This document shows positions 1-13,351 of a stretch of 64,000 bases of DNA, one piece after another. Below the pieces are notes generated by a model, which was not told where the DNA came from, did not search any database, and saw only the letters and a program-made list of their open reading frames with translations. Position 1 is the stretch's first letter, and every line of letters starts with the position of its first letter. This DNA is from Hydrolagus colliei. Its lineage: Eukaryota. Made by a program: the position numbers and the translations under genes. The stretch is taken from positions 2,914,001 to 2,978,000 of the forward strand of contig CM068747.1 of assembly GCA_035084275.1 (NCBI GenBank). Direction: 5' to 3'.

Positions 1-884
1 GATAATGTAACCTCGTGAAAACATCAATGTTTTCCTTCTTTATGAACAGTTATCCTGTTTATTGATGTTGACACTGTGGGTTGGAGACGCAGGGGAAAGT
101 TATTATTATATTTGCACCAATGTTGAGGATCCCAAGTGCTTTGGGACGTCCACCTGATGTGAAAGGCGCTCTATAAATGCAATTTTATTGTTGTTTGTTG
201 TTGTTGAATGGAGGACGGTTGGGTGGCTATTGAGGGAGGATGAGATCAGACGGGCAGAAGGGCCTCCATTTATCCAAACCAATCTTGTGATTGTGTAATA
301 TTACTTGAATTGGTTCTCAAGCAGAGATTGTAGTTTGTCATAATGGTGGGGGTCAAGATGTGCCCACCCTATGTGTGAAGGTACCAATTTTGACACTTTG
401 AAACAATTTCTGTAATCAACAAATTAACCTACCTTTTCGCGGGCGTGAACTTATTTATTTCACGCAAGACGCTGGCTGCTTTGATGAAGTTCAACTTCAA
501 AGTTAGTTTACAAGAATTCGACATTTGTACAATGTGGAAAGGTACAGTAATTCAGGATGACAATAAGTAGAAGATCACAAGATTGATTGGGATAAAGATT
601 GGAATTCAACCCGTCCAATCTCATCTGGGTTTTCTTTTTTAATCCAATTTAAGCAATACTCCAGATGAGATCTGAACAACACTGTATGGGTTGGACATGA
701 CTTCAAGAGGATTTAAATTCATTGTATCTCAATGTCCTGTCTACCTGTTTATTTTTACATTGTTTGGACAAGGCAAGGGCCAAGTCAACTAAGATCCCTT
801 GTTTATGTTCAATTTCTTCTTTTCCAAGTTCTACTGCATCCATTGAATGAATTTTACTCCCTCCAGTAACCTGTAGGTGCGGCT

Positions 885-1605
885 GCACACTCCATCTCAC
901 AAAGCCAGTCAGGAACCTGGGTGTCTTGTTTGACCCTGAACTGTCCTTCCACCTCCACATGCGCGCCGTGACAAGCACTGCCTTCCATTATCTCCGTAAT
1001 ATTGCCAAACTCCGCCACTGCCTCACCCCTCAAGCTGCCGAAACTCTCATCCACGCATTCATCACATCAAGGCTCAATTATGGAAACTTCCTCCTCGTTG
1101 GCCTTCCTCGTTCTTCCCTTCACAAGCTGCAGATCATTCAGAACTCTGCCCCTCGTGTCCTCTCCCGCACCAGGCTCTGTGACACCATCACTCCCACCCT
1201 CGCCCAGCTCTATTGGCTCCCCATCCCCCAGAGGATCAAATTCAAGATCCTCATCCATTCAAGATCATCCACGGCCTTGCCCCTTCCTACCTCTCTGACT
1301 TGCTGACTTGTTACCAACCCTCCCGCCCCCTCCATTCAGCAGGCTCCGGTCTGTTCCGCAGAAGCTTTCGGTGGCCGGGCTTTCAGCCTCTCTGCCCCCA
1401 CACTCCGGAACTCCATCGCCTCGCTTCCTTCCTTGCTTCCTTCAAGGATGGTCTCAAGACCCTCCTTTTCGATCATGCTTTCTGCCACCCTCCCACCGTT
1501 CTCCCTCCGCCCTACCCATGCTCGGGACCCAACCTCTGACTTTTCAGTGCCTTGGGACATCCTCCTGACGTCAAAAGTGATCTGTAACTGTCATTTTATT
1601 GTTGT
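885..1605 (+). mobile_element. L2 LINE 3' fragment (ORF2 C-terminus, 3' UTR and tail)
   Basis: FDPELSF...HAFITSRL...LQIIQNSA...WLPI..RIKFKIL; stem-loop tail ending in (ttg)n. Confidence 0.9.
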
Positions 1606-2229
1606 AACCAGCATGATGTTTGTCAGTGTTCAGTCACCCAATCAAATTTCTTAGCTAACCCTCCTCTCAGGCTTCCCAAGCTCATCCATCCACAAGTTTC
1701 AACTCATCCAAAGCTCAGCCAATGAAACTTTGTGTGTCCATGACCCCTGTTCTCACTGGGCACAACTGTCTCACTGACTCCCGGTAGAACTTCAAGATTC
1801 TAACCCTGAGCTACAAATTCCTGCATCCCTCACAGCTCAAAGGCACTGAGCTTCCATTGTAATTGTTGGGTTAATCTCATGGACTCCCCAAAGGGACTGT
1901 ATGAAATTAATCAGGTGTATCCATGTCAGTTGTCATGTATTATGTTGTTTTCATATTTATATTCATCTTCCATTTTGACTTAGCACGATCCAAATCTTGT
2001 TACTGTATATACAAATTCATATTTAGGTTATGGAAAACGTTTAGTGACAGAGAGATAAGTAAAACACTGCTCCTATGAGAGGGTAGATTCGGAAATGCTG
2101 AAAACATTTTGTAGTCGTGTTGGCTGCACATTGTTTTGAAGTGCTGTTGAGTGTGAGTGGTAGAATCGCTCTCAAATGATGCTCGATCAAATTCCCTTTG
2201 CAATGCTTCAATGTAATTTATTATATCTT

Positions 2230-2243
2230 CCACTAGATGGTGG
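2230..2243 (+). promoter_or_regulatory. Candidate CTCF site
   Basis: CCACTAGATGGTGG resembles the CCASYAGRKGGC core; motif match only. Confidence 0.3.
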
Positions 2244-3299
2244 TTGATTCCTTAAACTGGGAAGTGATTGCTTAAACGGCTGCTCGTTGTGACTCTCAAT
2301 TTCTATCCATCTTGTATTTGCTATTCTATTTTACAGAAAATACCTCTCTGCATCCACCTCAAGGAGATCCTTCATTATTCAATACTTAGAACAGCACTTA
2401 TGAGAACAGATGGGTAGAAACAGAACCCTTTGATCTGGGATCTAAGATAAGGAGAAGAAACGATTTAGAATTTATATAAATATTTTTTTCAGACTTAACA
2501 GTAATGTCCTGGATTGGTTTCAAAATACAGTCAGAATAGCTTCTGTAACAAACGTTCACTGCCCAAGTGTAATTTTGTCGTTGTTGTTATGCTCTGTATA
2601 GAGATTGAGCCTCAGTCGTGCGACTTTAATCACCCAGGAGGAGATGTGAATAGACTCCAGAGCCACAAAATGCATTCAAAATACTGTAAATGGAAAGCCA
2701 GCTTGGTCCTTGAATTTGTGAATTAACTACTGTACTTGACTCCTCACCAGAAATTCAGAAGGGAATCAGATGGGTTTGAATATTGCCGGAGGGCTTCATT
2801 GTGGTGCGTGTAGCAGATATGATAAATGGGTCAGCACTGATCACAAATTATACAGTCTTAAGCTGTATATTGCTTAATATAGCTTCAGCACACTTCCTTA
2901 AGCCTGTCAAGATCACACTCAGTTAACACAATGAGATACCAAAGCGAGCTTGTATAGGGATCTGGTTTTAGAGATGAGATTTTAGATTTTTAAAGAATAA
3001 TTTGCTATTTTGTGTACAGGATGAGTATAGGACATGTAACTCCCATTATCTCATTATTGCAATCCATTGATACTTACATCTATTATTTGCAAATGACTTT
3101 TTATGTGCTCCTATTCTTTTCCAAAAGGAAACTGCTTTCTCTTGTCTGCAGACTGTATCAAAAACTTTCCGTTCATTATGAAATAATAAAACTATTAAGC
3201 CTTGCATTTGGTATAGTGCGTGTCACCTCATTGAAACATCTCAAAGGTTCACAGCATTTATTGCAAAGTGTAATGGCTTTGTATTTATAGGATATGAAA

Positions 3300-3770
3300 T
3301 GGAGTCAAGGAATGTAAATTTAAGACTGATCTTAGAACATGGGAAGGGAGGAAACGTTAAAGCAATTTTTCTTTGTGCAAAATGTTAATAGGATGTAGAA
3401 CATTCTGCCACAATTGCCTATTGAAACAGAGTTACTGATGTAATTTAAAAAGAATTTCTGGACTAACAATTCCTTCAAAAAATAAGAATACATTGGTCAC
3501 TTCAATCCACGACTGTGTGTGGGACACTGCTGTGTGCAATTGGCTGCCGTGTTTAGCCTACAAAATAAACAGTCAATTCACTTTACAGTACTGTATATTC
3601 AGTGAAGTGCCTTTGGACATCTTGAAGACGTGAATAATCACTATACCAACTGCAAGGATTCTTCTTATTATAATTGCCTATTGAAACAGAGTCACTTATG
3701 TAATTTAAAAGGAATTTAGACAGTCCCTTGAAGAATACAAGGAAAGCGGAGGGTATAACTTTGAGCTAAA
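3300..3770 (+). mobile_element. Old CR1 3' remnant interrupted by a SINE (3493-3670)
   Basis: aatgttaataggatgtagaacattctgccac...tttaaaaggaatttagac resembles the CR1 RV..WN.LP...FK.ELD region. Confidence 0.5.
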
Positions 3771-5776
3771 ATTCAGCATCTAGCTCACTGAAGCACAATG
3801 GACTGAATGAACCTCTGTGGTGAAATTTCTGATACCTGTTCTAAAATGTTACATGAGATACGTCTGAGCGGCATGGCTGGATAACTTGAGGGACAAACTA
3901 CTCTTAGCATAGTCTTACTTAAGCTTGGATAGAGATACAAAAAGTAATATAAATGTGCTGCTTAATATCCCTTTCTCAAATAAATCAGTGTTTTTGTAAG
4001 ATGTAAAATCCTAATGTATTATCATTTTGTGACAGTAGATGTCACTGTAAATCTTTGGAATATAAAGTACAATACTGAAAATATAGTACTATATAACAGA
4101 GTTGAAGATGGTTGAGTACTAATCAGAGTTGATAGAGTGGAGGGTATGGATTGAATGACAATGATATGAACTTTTCCCTCTTTCAGAATGATTTATTGAA
4201 GTTAATGGTATGTATCTGGTAGGCAACTTACTCTGGCTGATTGAGTATGGACTGAGGTACTGCTGGAGCTAAAACGACACAGCTTGACATTGATAGCACT
4301 GCTCGGGAAGATTTCCCATTACTTCTCCAATTAGGACCACGCTACTCATTAGGGCTTTAGCTCCCGGGTTAACAAGAGCTGAATGGGATGACCGTCCCCC
4401 ACCACTACCCCAGCAACTGGTCTGCCCTTCCAAGTCCCGTTGGTGAGGCAGCCTAGCTACGCTGTCATCTGAATACACTGGAGTAATGCGAACTATCCCT
4501 AATTCAGGAACCGGACTTCAGAACCCGCCACAGAGGGCTGGCTTCATTTTGACTTAGCAAATATGTCACCTTGCAGCCATTGCAAAGACTCCTTCCATGC
4601 CTCCCCACCAACCCCCAATTTTTCCCTTGTAAATTTGAAACTTGCTGTTGCTTGTGCTAAAAGCAATATTCTTAAGTCTGAATACATTTAAGGCTGAAAG
4701 TTTCTGGCAAAGCTTGAAATTGAAGAACTATGTCTCTTGTGGGCTGCAATGACATTCGCTGACACTTACGAACTTTGCATTCGAAAGACACAGTACATAA
4801 CCTCTTTGCAATCAGAGAATGGAAATACACTAGCAATAGTATGTCTTGTGTTTCAGACCCAAGTCAACTTCATGACTGAGTGAGTTTTGTGAACACACAT
4901 TTACTAAAATTGCATTGCAACTTTGTGAATTGGCTCTCAGCACAATTGAAAGCACGTTTAATGTTTACAGGGGAAACGTCTGTGTAGTGTCTCAGTGTGC
5001 TTCCAATTTTAGAGTGCTAAAAATACCTTAATATCTCACAGTAGCTGCTCTTGCTGAAGCCTGGCTTCAGAAAAACTTCTAAGATGAAACGGGTTTCAGA
5101 CTCATTTAGCCTTTAGGCTTATCCAGCTGAGAATTCCACTCAGCTGAGAATAATAGAAAGATTCAAGATATAAATTTGCACCTACTCCAAAACGCCTGAA
5201 GTAATTTTCATCAAGAACTTCAACAGTTACCAAAGTAGGGAGCTTTGTGTTAGCTGGGTACCAGTAATGAAAGGAAGTTGCAGGCTTTCTTTACCACTCA
5301 ATGTCCAATTGTCAATTCTGTTAAAAATACAGTGTTGACATGAAAAAATAAATAATCTAGTTAAATGCATACATTTGCTTTAATATAATTTCAAACTCTA
5401 GAAAAACAATCACCAATAAATTGCTTAAGAATGATTGCCAAAATAATCCTGGTAACAGGGACTGCGTTGGCTAAATTATATCATCTGCAGCTGGTCATGA
5501 TTCTAAAACAATAATTCATGTTAACATGTTTCTGAAAGCCATTATTTTAATAAAGAAGCATTGATTTTTCAATAGAGTAAAATACTTCCATCGTTTCTCA
5601 TTAAAGCAATTGTGAATATCTATACAACACTTTCCAATCTCTTAAATGTTATAATTAAGAGAAGGCGAGTCGCCTTTGACAAAATCCTAAACTTTGATTC
5701 ATGGCGCAGCAATACAGCTCTCTGCTAAAATCCAGAACCGAACTCTTCTTTAATCTCCTTATCCCTACCACCATAT

Positions 5777-6101
5777 TAATAATCCTTGCATTTGATATAG
5801 CACCTCACCACTTCATTGAGACGTCTCAAAGTGCTTCATAGAATATATTGTAAAGTGATTTGACAGTGTGTTTTGTCCCACATACAGTAGTGTCTACACA
5901 AACAGTTGTGGGTTGAGTAACCACATTTTAAAAATATATATATTTTGGAGTGATTTTAACCCCCGAAAAGCAATCTGCCAATTGATGAACAACCAGGTTC
6001 CTGGTGTGCAGTAACAAAACTTATCGAAGTTTTTCCCCTGCCTGGGAAACGAACATCGGTCCACTTCAATTGTGAGGCCAGAGCTCTGACCATTGGGCTA
6101 C
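5777..6101 (-). mobile_element. tRNA-Deu SINE, older long variant
   Basis: Homologous to the SINE family, with an extra internal segment. Confidence 0.7.
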
Positions 6102-8214
6102 ACGTATCCACAAAAATCCTTACCAATTACGGTAACGGTTTTGTCTGCTCCCGGTTATTTAGTTTACTGATCATCCTGATAAACTCTTTGTTTGTCCAGT
6201 CCAGTACAATGTTGGGGGAACATTACATTATTAAAGGTGTGGTCTTTTGGAATGAATTGTTAAGTTAAAATTTGTTAAATTGCCAAAACCACTCAGCCCA
6301 TGTGAATTTAATTACTTATCTTCGTGGAAGGCACCCAGAGTCATTATGAACTAGGTGCAGTATTAAGTACAGATCAAGCATAAAGAATACTCCATACAGT
6401 TTGTCAGTTGAAATAATGATCCATTACGTAGCAATCCTTCAAAGTGCCAAATGTCATATTCCTTAAACAGTTGTCTTTTCCTGGAGTCACTTTCAGATAA
6501 CCTGTAATGAAGGGACTGGCGAGTACACGCGAGCAGGTAAAGTAAAGGAAATTAAACTTCAAAATTTGGAATAAATGTCAAGAAAGGGGAATAGAATTAC
6601 AGACCACTTATCTGTGTTTTGGATAATTGAAGTGTAAATCTTAATAGCTCACATTTAGCACAAAACAGCTCTGGTCCATTTGAAGCACTAAACAAAATCT
6701 CTTCTAAAATAAGAATTATAGCGGGAAATGGGAAATACGCCTCAACCTAAAAAGGTTTTTTATGAAAAATTGAAGATTTAACGAATAATTATATTCAAAT
6801 TTATGCTACTGTTAATGTGAAAATAGAATTAAAAATAAGACAAACGATTTGCTGGAGCAAGATGAATTGTTGCACATTTAAATATCAAATTGACAAACTG
6901 CAATCACGTTAATAGCACTGAAAACACTGTAATTTGATGCAGTTAGTGCTCTATGCTTCTGTGCTAACTTAGGATTCCAGCAAAAGATTTGAAGGAACAA
7001 AATTATCCAATTTAATCATTACATATTTCAATACCATTTGTAAATTGACATAGTGGAATCATGTTAATAGAACAAACACACTGTAATTGTGTGCACTTCA
7101 TGCTCTATCCACTGTGCTAACGTATGATTTGAATGATAAACCAGAAAGCAAAAAATACCACAATCATTATAGTTCAGCCCATTCAGAATCCACATTACAT
7201 AATCAATTAAACTTTTCAATGGAGAGACAAGGGATGGCCTTGCATATGAGTACTTGCACAATTTCAATCACTTCTATTAACTGTGAATCCATTTATCATT
7301 TATCTTTCTGATCAAGAATGTTTGTTTATTTATGGATTACATTCAGATCTATATCAGACTTGGAACTCAGAACTCTTAAATCGACACGGAAATAGTATTT
7401 GCCAATTAATATATTGTCTGTAATAAATTGCAAAGAAGCTACAAGCAAGCTACTCATTAAGGTGCACACTCTAGCACAGTGTGTAATACATTCACAGTGC
7501 CACCTACGCTCTATACTACACTTGAGAAAGTGCTCCTATATCAAGCAGTAACAAGCTTCTCAGAATCTGGTAGATAGATTAAAAAGACTAAATAAAAGCC
7601 ACTTGCTTTTCTCCCTGCCTTGCTCTCATAGACATTTACCATAAAAGTTTGACAGCGCAGAAGAAGGCTAACTATATTGCCGATTTATAATTGCAATTTT
7701 TCCCAGAGATGTCAAGTTACTGCTTCATTTACTGGGCTCAGATGAGTGTTTTGAACCATTCCCTATAAATATTATTATCTGGGATATTATTATGTGTGAA
7801 CAGTGAGCAACAGCCTCTGGTTTTGGAAGACGAGCAATTTTCCTATTCCGGGGAGAACAATTAAAATACCTCAGCAGCTGATATTTATCTGTACAAACAT
7901 AGTACAGTACTGGGGCTTGCTGCACATCCCCTGATCCCTCCATGCCGCCATCCGCGGCAGATGCTATCCCTCTACCTTCTGGAACTCTAACTCTCTGCCT
8001 TGCCTCTGCCTCAACCATCTCGCCTACAAAACACACGGTCACTGTCCTACATTAAATAGTAGCAGACGTACCTTCTTACGATCAGGTCTCACTTATTTCA
8101 TTCACTCAAGAAGGGATACTTTTTAAAAAAAATAGATATGGTAACGGCTGGATAAGCCACCAGGATACACAACCAGAAACTCTAACAAACAACAATGTGC
8201 AAAATCTGGAATAC

Positions 8215-8402
8215 AAATTGGTCATTTCGATCCACGACAGTTTGTGGGGACACTGCCGTGCGCAATTAATTGGCTGCCGCGTTTCACCCCCCAAAATATA
8301 CGGTCAATTCACTTTACGGTATATTGTGAGAAGCGCTTTGAGACGTCCAGAAGATGTGAAAAGTGCTATATCAAAATGCAAGGATTGTTATTATTTATTA
8401 TT
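8215..8402 (+). mobile_element. tRNA-Deu SINE, 5' truncated
   Basis: Deu core plus tail. Confidence 0.8.
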
Positions 8403-9411
8403 GATATAGTGCCTTTCACGTAGGATGGCGTCTCGGAGCTTTTGAACTAAATGATAGTTAAAAACAGGAACTAAAATTGTCACAAAGTTGGATGTGATCA
8501 CCAAGGAATCTCTCTGAAAAGAGTTATGGAGTATTGGCGGATGGACAATTTGTTTCACGCTGTATTCTTCTTATGCAAAACCACTGGAGATTGTGAAATC
8601 AGTTTTGACATGTTTGAAAATGCATTGAAAATAAAGAAAAACATTATTTCTTACTGGAGATTGAATGCCCTTGTGAATCAGATCCTGAAAATGTGTTAGA
8701 TTTTGAGCAGCTTATTCATTAGGTTGAATAAATTGAGCAAGTTGGAGCTATAGAAATTGTGAGGCGAGAGGCAAGGGATTGATCGTGGTTTCGGAGATTT
8801 CGGAATGCCTATGGGAGACTTACATGCCAAAAAATAATTCAAAAGCCATCAAACTGCATCATTTACAATTCTTACAATTTAATTCAATAACAAATTTCTT
8901 ATACTGTACTTTCCAAATGAAAGTATTTGTGTTTGAACGGATCAGAAATGGATTATAGTTTAAAATATAGTTTGACCTAATTTGGGTACGTTTCTGTTAA
9001 TTAGCTAGTGTCAAGCTGAATTGATTATTTCAATTTTTATGCTTGTTAGTTGATATGACTTGTTGAATTCTAAGCCCAATTAAATTGAGCTGAATTGTAG
9101 AATTTATATCTAAGCATGACATAAGTTACAGAGTAGTCGGTTTAACTCTGACCGCACAGATCTTCCTGATGTTACAAAGGTAAAAGAAATACAGCTAAGT
9201 TATACTTCATTCAATTTGAGTTGGTCAGTCCGTGTGTTCAGTTCACGTTGGTGAGAGTGAGTACATCTTTCGTTCCTCTTTGCTCTGTGACTGGAGCCAC
9301 TCGACCTCTGCAGTTGAAGGTTCAGGAATTCCAGTAACATTGGAAGAAAACGGAAGAAAAGAACAGAACAGAAGTCGTTGGGAACGGAAAGTGAGTCAAA
9401 ACAATTTGAGT

Positions 9412-9525
9412 CCAAATCGTTGACTCACTTTCCCTTCTCCACGAGTCGCTGCCTGACCTGCTGAGTGTTCCCAGCAACTTCTACTTTGGTTTCAGATTTC
9501 CAGCATCTGCAGTATTTTGCGTTTT
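9412..9525 (+). mobile_element. Penelope terminal-repeat derivative, truncated within the hammerhead
   Basis: Homologous to 14785-14890 (cgttgactcacttt...gcctgacctgctgagtgttcccagc...ttccagcatctgcagtattttg). Confidence 0.75.
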
Positions 9526-9729
9526 GGGAAGAAAAGAACAGACAGCTAATGATACAAGAACACAGTTGCAACACACCCGCAAGAGTTTCAACATCTGCTA
9601 TTCTCAGCGTTCCCGAAACATGAGAAACAAGAAAGCAAGACAAGTTTGCCCGCTGTCTATGAACTCTGTTGTTGTCATCACAGTGGCATGGTATACGTGA
9701 ACATAGCAGTCCAATATTGTCATATTGAG

Positions 9730-10196
9730 TGTAGCTCCTGTAGCTCAGTGGTTAGAGCACTCGCCTTACAAGCGTGAGACCTGTGTTCGAATCCAGGCAG
9801 GTCAGGGCGAAACCTTGGGCAAGTTTCCTTACTCCACACGCCTAATAATAATCCCTCAAAAAAAACCACAATAATAAAAAAAATTGTTCATTTTAATCCA
9901 CGACTGTTTGTGGGACACTGCTGTGCACAATTGGCTGCCGCGTTTCGCCCACAAATATATACAGTCAATTCACTTTACAGTATTGAAGGCATGATGAGGC
10001 GCTGTATCAAATGCAAGGATAAAATTGGTCATTTCAATCCACGACTGTTTGTGGGACGCTGCTGTGCACAATTGGCTGCCGCATTTCACCCACAAACATA
10101 CAGTCAATTCACTTTACAGTATATTCTGTGAAGCGCTTTGAGATGTCGATAAGATGTGAAAAGCGCTATATCAAATGCAAGGATTATTATTATTAT
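9730..10196 (+). mobile_element. tRNA-derived Deu-domain SINE with duplicated Deu/tail half
   Basis: A box tagctcagtgg, B box gttcgaatc, Deu core tgctgtgcacaattggctgccgcg present twice, L2-like tail ending in (tta)n. Confidence 0.88.
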
Positions 10197-10770
10197 ATCA
10201 AAACCCTGCTTACTGTAACCCTGCTTATTGAATCAATGTAAATTTTAACATGTCAACCAAGGAATTAGGTGAGGCTAAACCATTTAAACCATTAAACCAT
10301 TCTCGTAGTTAGCATAAATGTTGCAAGCCATTCATCATCTAACATTATTACATCAATGGATAGTATTAAGCAACGTGGGACATGCAAGCCACAGTTACTT
10401 CCTGGCAACCCGCCGTCAAACTGGTGGGTAGTTGATTTAGTGTTTCACTGCCCTTTAATCTGCAAACACCTACACTGAAGAGCTTGGTATAATTTGCGTG
10501 ATTTCAGCATAATTTCAATGTGATCTCTGCTCCCCTGGCTCAGTGTTGAAATACCAGCTGTCAACTAACTGAATAACGCCAATCAGAGGGCTAATTCTTT
10601 AAACCTTTCAAAGGGAACTAAATCGGATGTTCATCATTCAATAGTCTCTCTCACAGAATTGTCATTCAAGTTCATCTAGAGCATTACATGTTACTTAATG
10701 TTACCTTGACTTCTAAAGGGAGGAGAAGGATCAGAGATAAATCATGTGTTCCTTTACTTCAGATTCCCTC

Positions 10771-10993
10771 CAATAATAATCCCTCCAAAAAAACCCCCAC
10801 AATAATAAAATTGGTCATTTCAATCCACGACTGTGTGTGGGACACTGCTGTGCGCATATGGCTGCCGCGATTCGCCCACAAATATATACAGTCAATTCAC
10901 TTTACAGTATATTCTGTGAAGCGCTTTGGGACGTTGATAAGATGTGGAAAGCGCTATATCAAATGCAAGGATTATTATTATTATTATTATTAT
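10771..10993 (+). mobile_element. tRNA-Deu SINE, 5' truncated
   Basis: Deu core plus (tta)n tail. Confidence 0.85.
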
Positions 10994-11029
10994 TCTGAAT
11001 ATACACCAATAAGACCGTGACCTTTGGTC

Positions 11030-11140
11030 ACCTTTCTACCCCTGGCCCGGCCTGGCTCGGTCCCGGGATCTGCTATCTGAGACGCCGTCCGGCGTGGAGG
11101 GCGCTATATAAATCAAAGTTGTTGTTGCTGCTGTTGTTGT
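11030..11140 (+). mobile_element. Third retroposon tail family (also at 21495-21580 and 49575-49700)
   Basis: Shared cctttggtcacc...ggctcgg..cgggatc...gagacg...ggcgtggagggcgctatataaatc(ttg)n. Confidence 0.7.
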
Positions 11141-11234
11141 AAGAATGCCTAGAAGACAACAACAATTACGTTTATACATTCACATTTATATGGCGCCTTT
11201 CATGTCAGGAGGATGACCCAAAGCATGTTTGCAA

Positions 11235-11430
11235 AGCTCTGTGACCCTATCACCCCAGTTCTCGCCCGACTCCAATGGTTTCCCATCACTCAGAGGATTC
11301 AATTCAAGATTCTGGTCCTCACTTTTAAAGCCCTCCATGGCCTGGCCCAACCCTACCTCTGTGATCTCCCAACTCCCTAGTAACCTGCCCCCTTCTTCCG
11401 TTCAGCGAGCTCTGCCTGCTCCATGACCCT
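11235..11430 (+). mobile_element. L2 LINE ORF2 fragment
   Basis: Homologous to 1180-1350. Confidence 0.7.
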
Positions 11431-12317
11431 CAACCCACCTGCTTCACCTGAGAAGGTGAGGAGACAATATTCACTTGTTAATTCCCTCCTGGACATTCAA
11501 TAACCTTCAGGAACATTAGAGCAACCTACGCATAAAGGATTACAGAATGATGATTAACGACAAATAAATTGCAGTTGCACAAAAGGTACGATAACTACAT
11601 GGGGCACTTTCTGAAGGCTTGGTTCATTCAGTTGTTTGTAATGATTGCTGCATTAAATGCCAAGGGATTCAAAAAAAACAATGGAAAAAAAACCTCATAC
11701 ATTACAACTAAGGATACAAATTAACCCTTTCCATAAGATTATTATTAGTCTTTTGCAGCCATAGAGAGGAAAATGTTATCACTCATACCTAATTTTTTGC
11801 GTTAGTCTTTCAAAGTGTGACACCAATTCAACCCGAATTTAGTGAGTACTGTAATTATATATTTATTGAGAATTGATGTAAAAATAGAACATTTAAATGA
11901 AATTCTACATCTTGTATTTTAATGTAGTTAATTGTCTGAAGAGTGCTTAGGGCAATTGCCTCAAATACGTATAGTCTTCCAAAGCACTTAACAAAATAAC
12001 CATATAATTAATGCTTAAGGATCATTAATGTCAGCTTTCAACCACAGAATAAAATCATGGGCAATTTACACAGAACTATTGAGGTTCAAAAGAAGAAAGG
12101 AAAATTAGGGGGAAAGAGTCTGAAAACAAAAACTTCATGGGAATTTGGTGAAGATCAGATACTGTACAAATAGTATAGCTGCTTTATTGATGAATAAAAT
12201 TACTGAGATAGTAGAGAGCCAACTATCCATAGTAATTGTAATAAGCCATACATTTGGCGCAGCACTTTTCACATGGGATGATATCTCAAAGTACTTCACA
12301 GTATGCACTGTACAACA

Positions 12318-12720
12318 AACAACAACAAAATGACTTTTGTCCAGTGCCTTTCACATCGGGAAGACAGTCCAAGGTGGTGGACAATCAGTGTTTCGGACTC
12401 GCGCTTGGGTCGGGATTGGGGAGGGTGAAGGACAATAGGGGGTAAGAAGGGTGATAGAAGGCACAGTCAAAGTGGAAGGTCTTGAGATGGGCCTTCAAGG
12501 AGGCAAGGGAAGGGGCAAGGTGGAGGGACTGTGGGTTGAATTTCCAGCGGGAGGAGTCATAGTGGCAGAAGGCCCACTCGCCAATAGTGAGGTGGGCGAG
12601 GTGGGGGACATGAAGCGGCCTGTAGCGGAGGGAGCGGGCAGGTTGGTAGGGGGTTAGAAGGTCACAGAGTTAGGGGGGAGCAAGGTCATGGTGGGCTTTG
12701 AAAATGAGGACCAGGATCTA
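12318..12720 (-). mobile_element. L2 LINE 3' fragment
   Basis: Reverse complement of the L2 C-terminus plus (caa)n tail. Confidence 0.75.
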
Positions 12721-13199
12721 GAGTGCAATGATTGTGTTTGTGGGTGATACATTGTGCCAGCCCTCATCTTTCTCTATTATGGTTTGCAAATGTTTCCCTA
12801 GCAATCTTTTGCATATATTTGAATCCATAAATCAGTATACCCATGATCCTGGAAAACTAAAGCATGTGCACTATAGGGAACACCAAAAATAAATCCATTC
12901 ATTTGTTTTTATTTATGACCCAAATTAGGGAGAGAAGCAGGAATTCTTTGTTGAAAAATGGTGATCTAAACAATCTTCAATTGTAAACTAAATAAACGTA
13001 TGTACTTCAGTTCCAGTCGTTTATATCATAATGCATTAGAATGAATAATCTGGTCTATATTTTGGTATCATGCCAGTACTGTATTCCATGTTGCAAAGAA
13101 TTAAGGCTTGTGAGTCTACCGTGCAATTACAAATGAGTCTATTCGCCAGTTGCTTCATATCACCAGCAAATATAGTTCACTGGAATATAATAATAATAC

Positions 13200-13351
13200 T
13201 GTAATAATAATCCTTGCATTTGATATAGCGCTTTTCACATCTTATCAACGTCTCAAAGCGCTTCACAGAATATACTGTAAAGTGAATTGACTGTATATTT
13301 GTGGGTAAAACGCGGCAGCCAATTGCGCAAGCAGCGTCCCACACACAGTCG
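13200..13351 (-). mobile_element. tRNA-Deu SINE, 5' truncated
   Basis: Reverse complement of core plus tail. Confidence 0.82.

Noticed and set aside
9735-9805. tRNA-Val-like genes (also at 42675, 24800, 51880)
   Set aside because: These are SINE heads: no acceptor stem, variable anticodon loop, and always fused to the SINE body.
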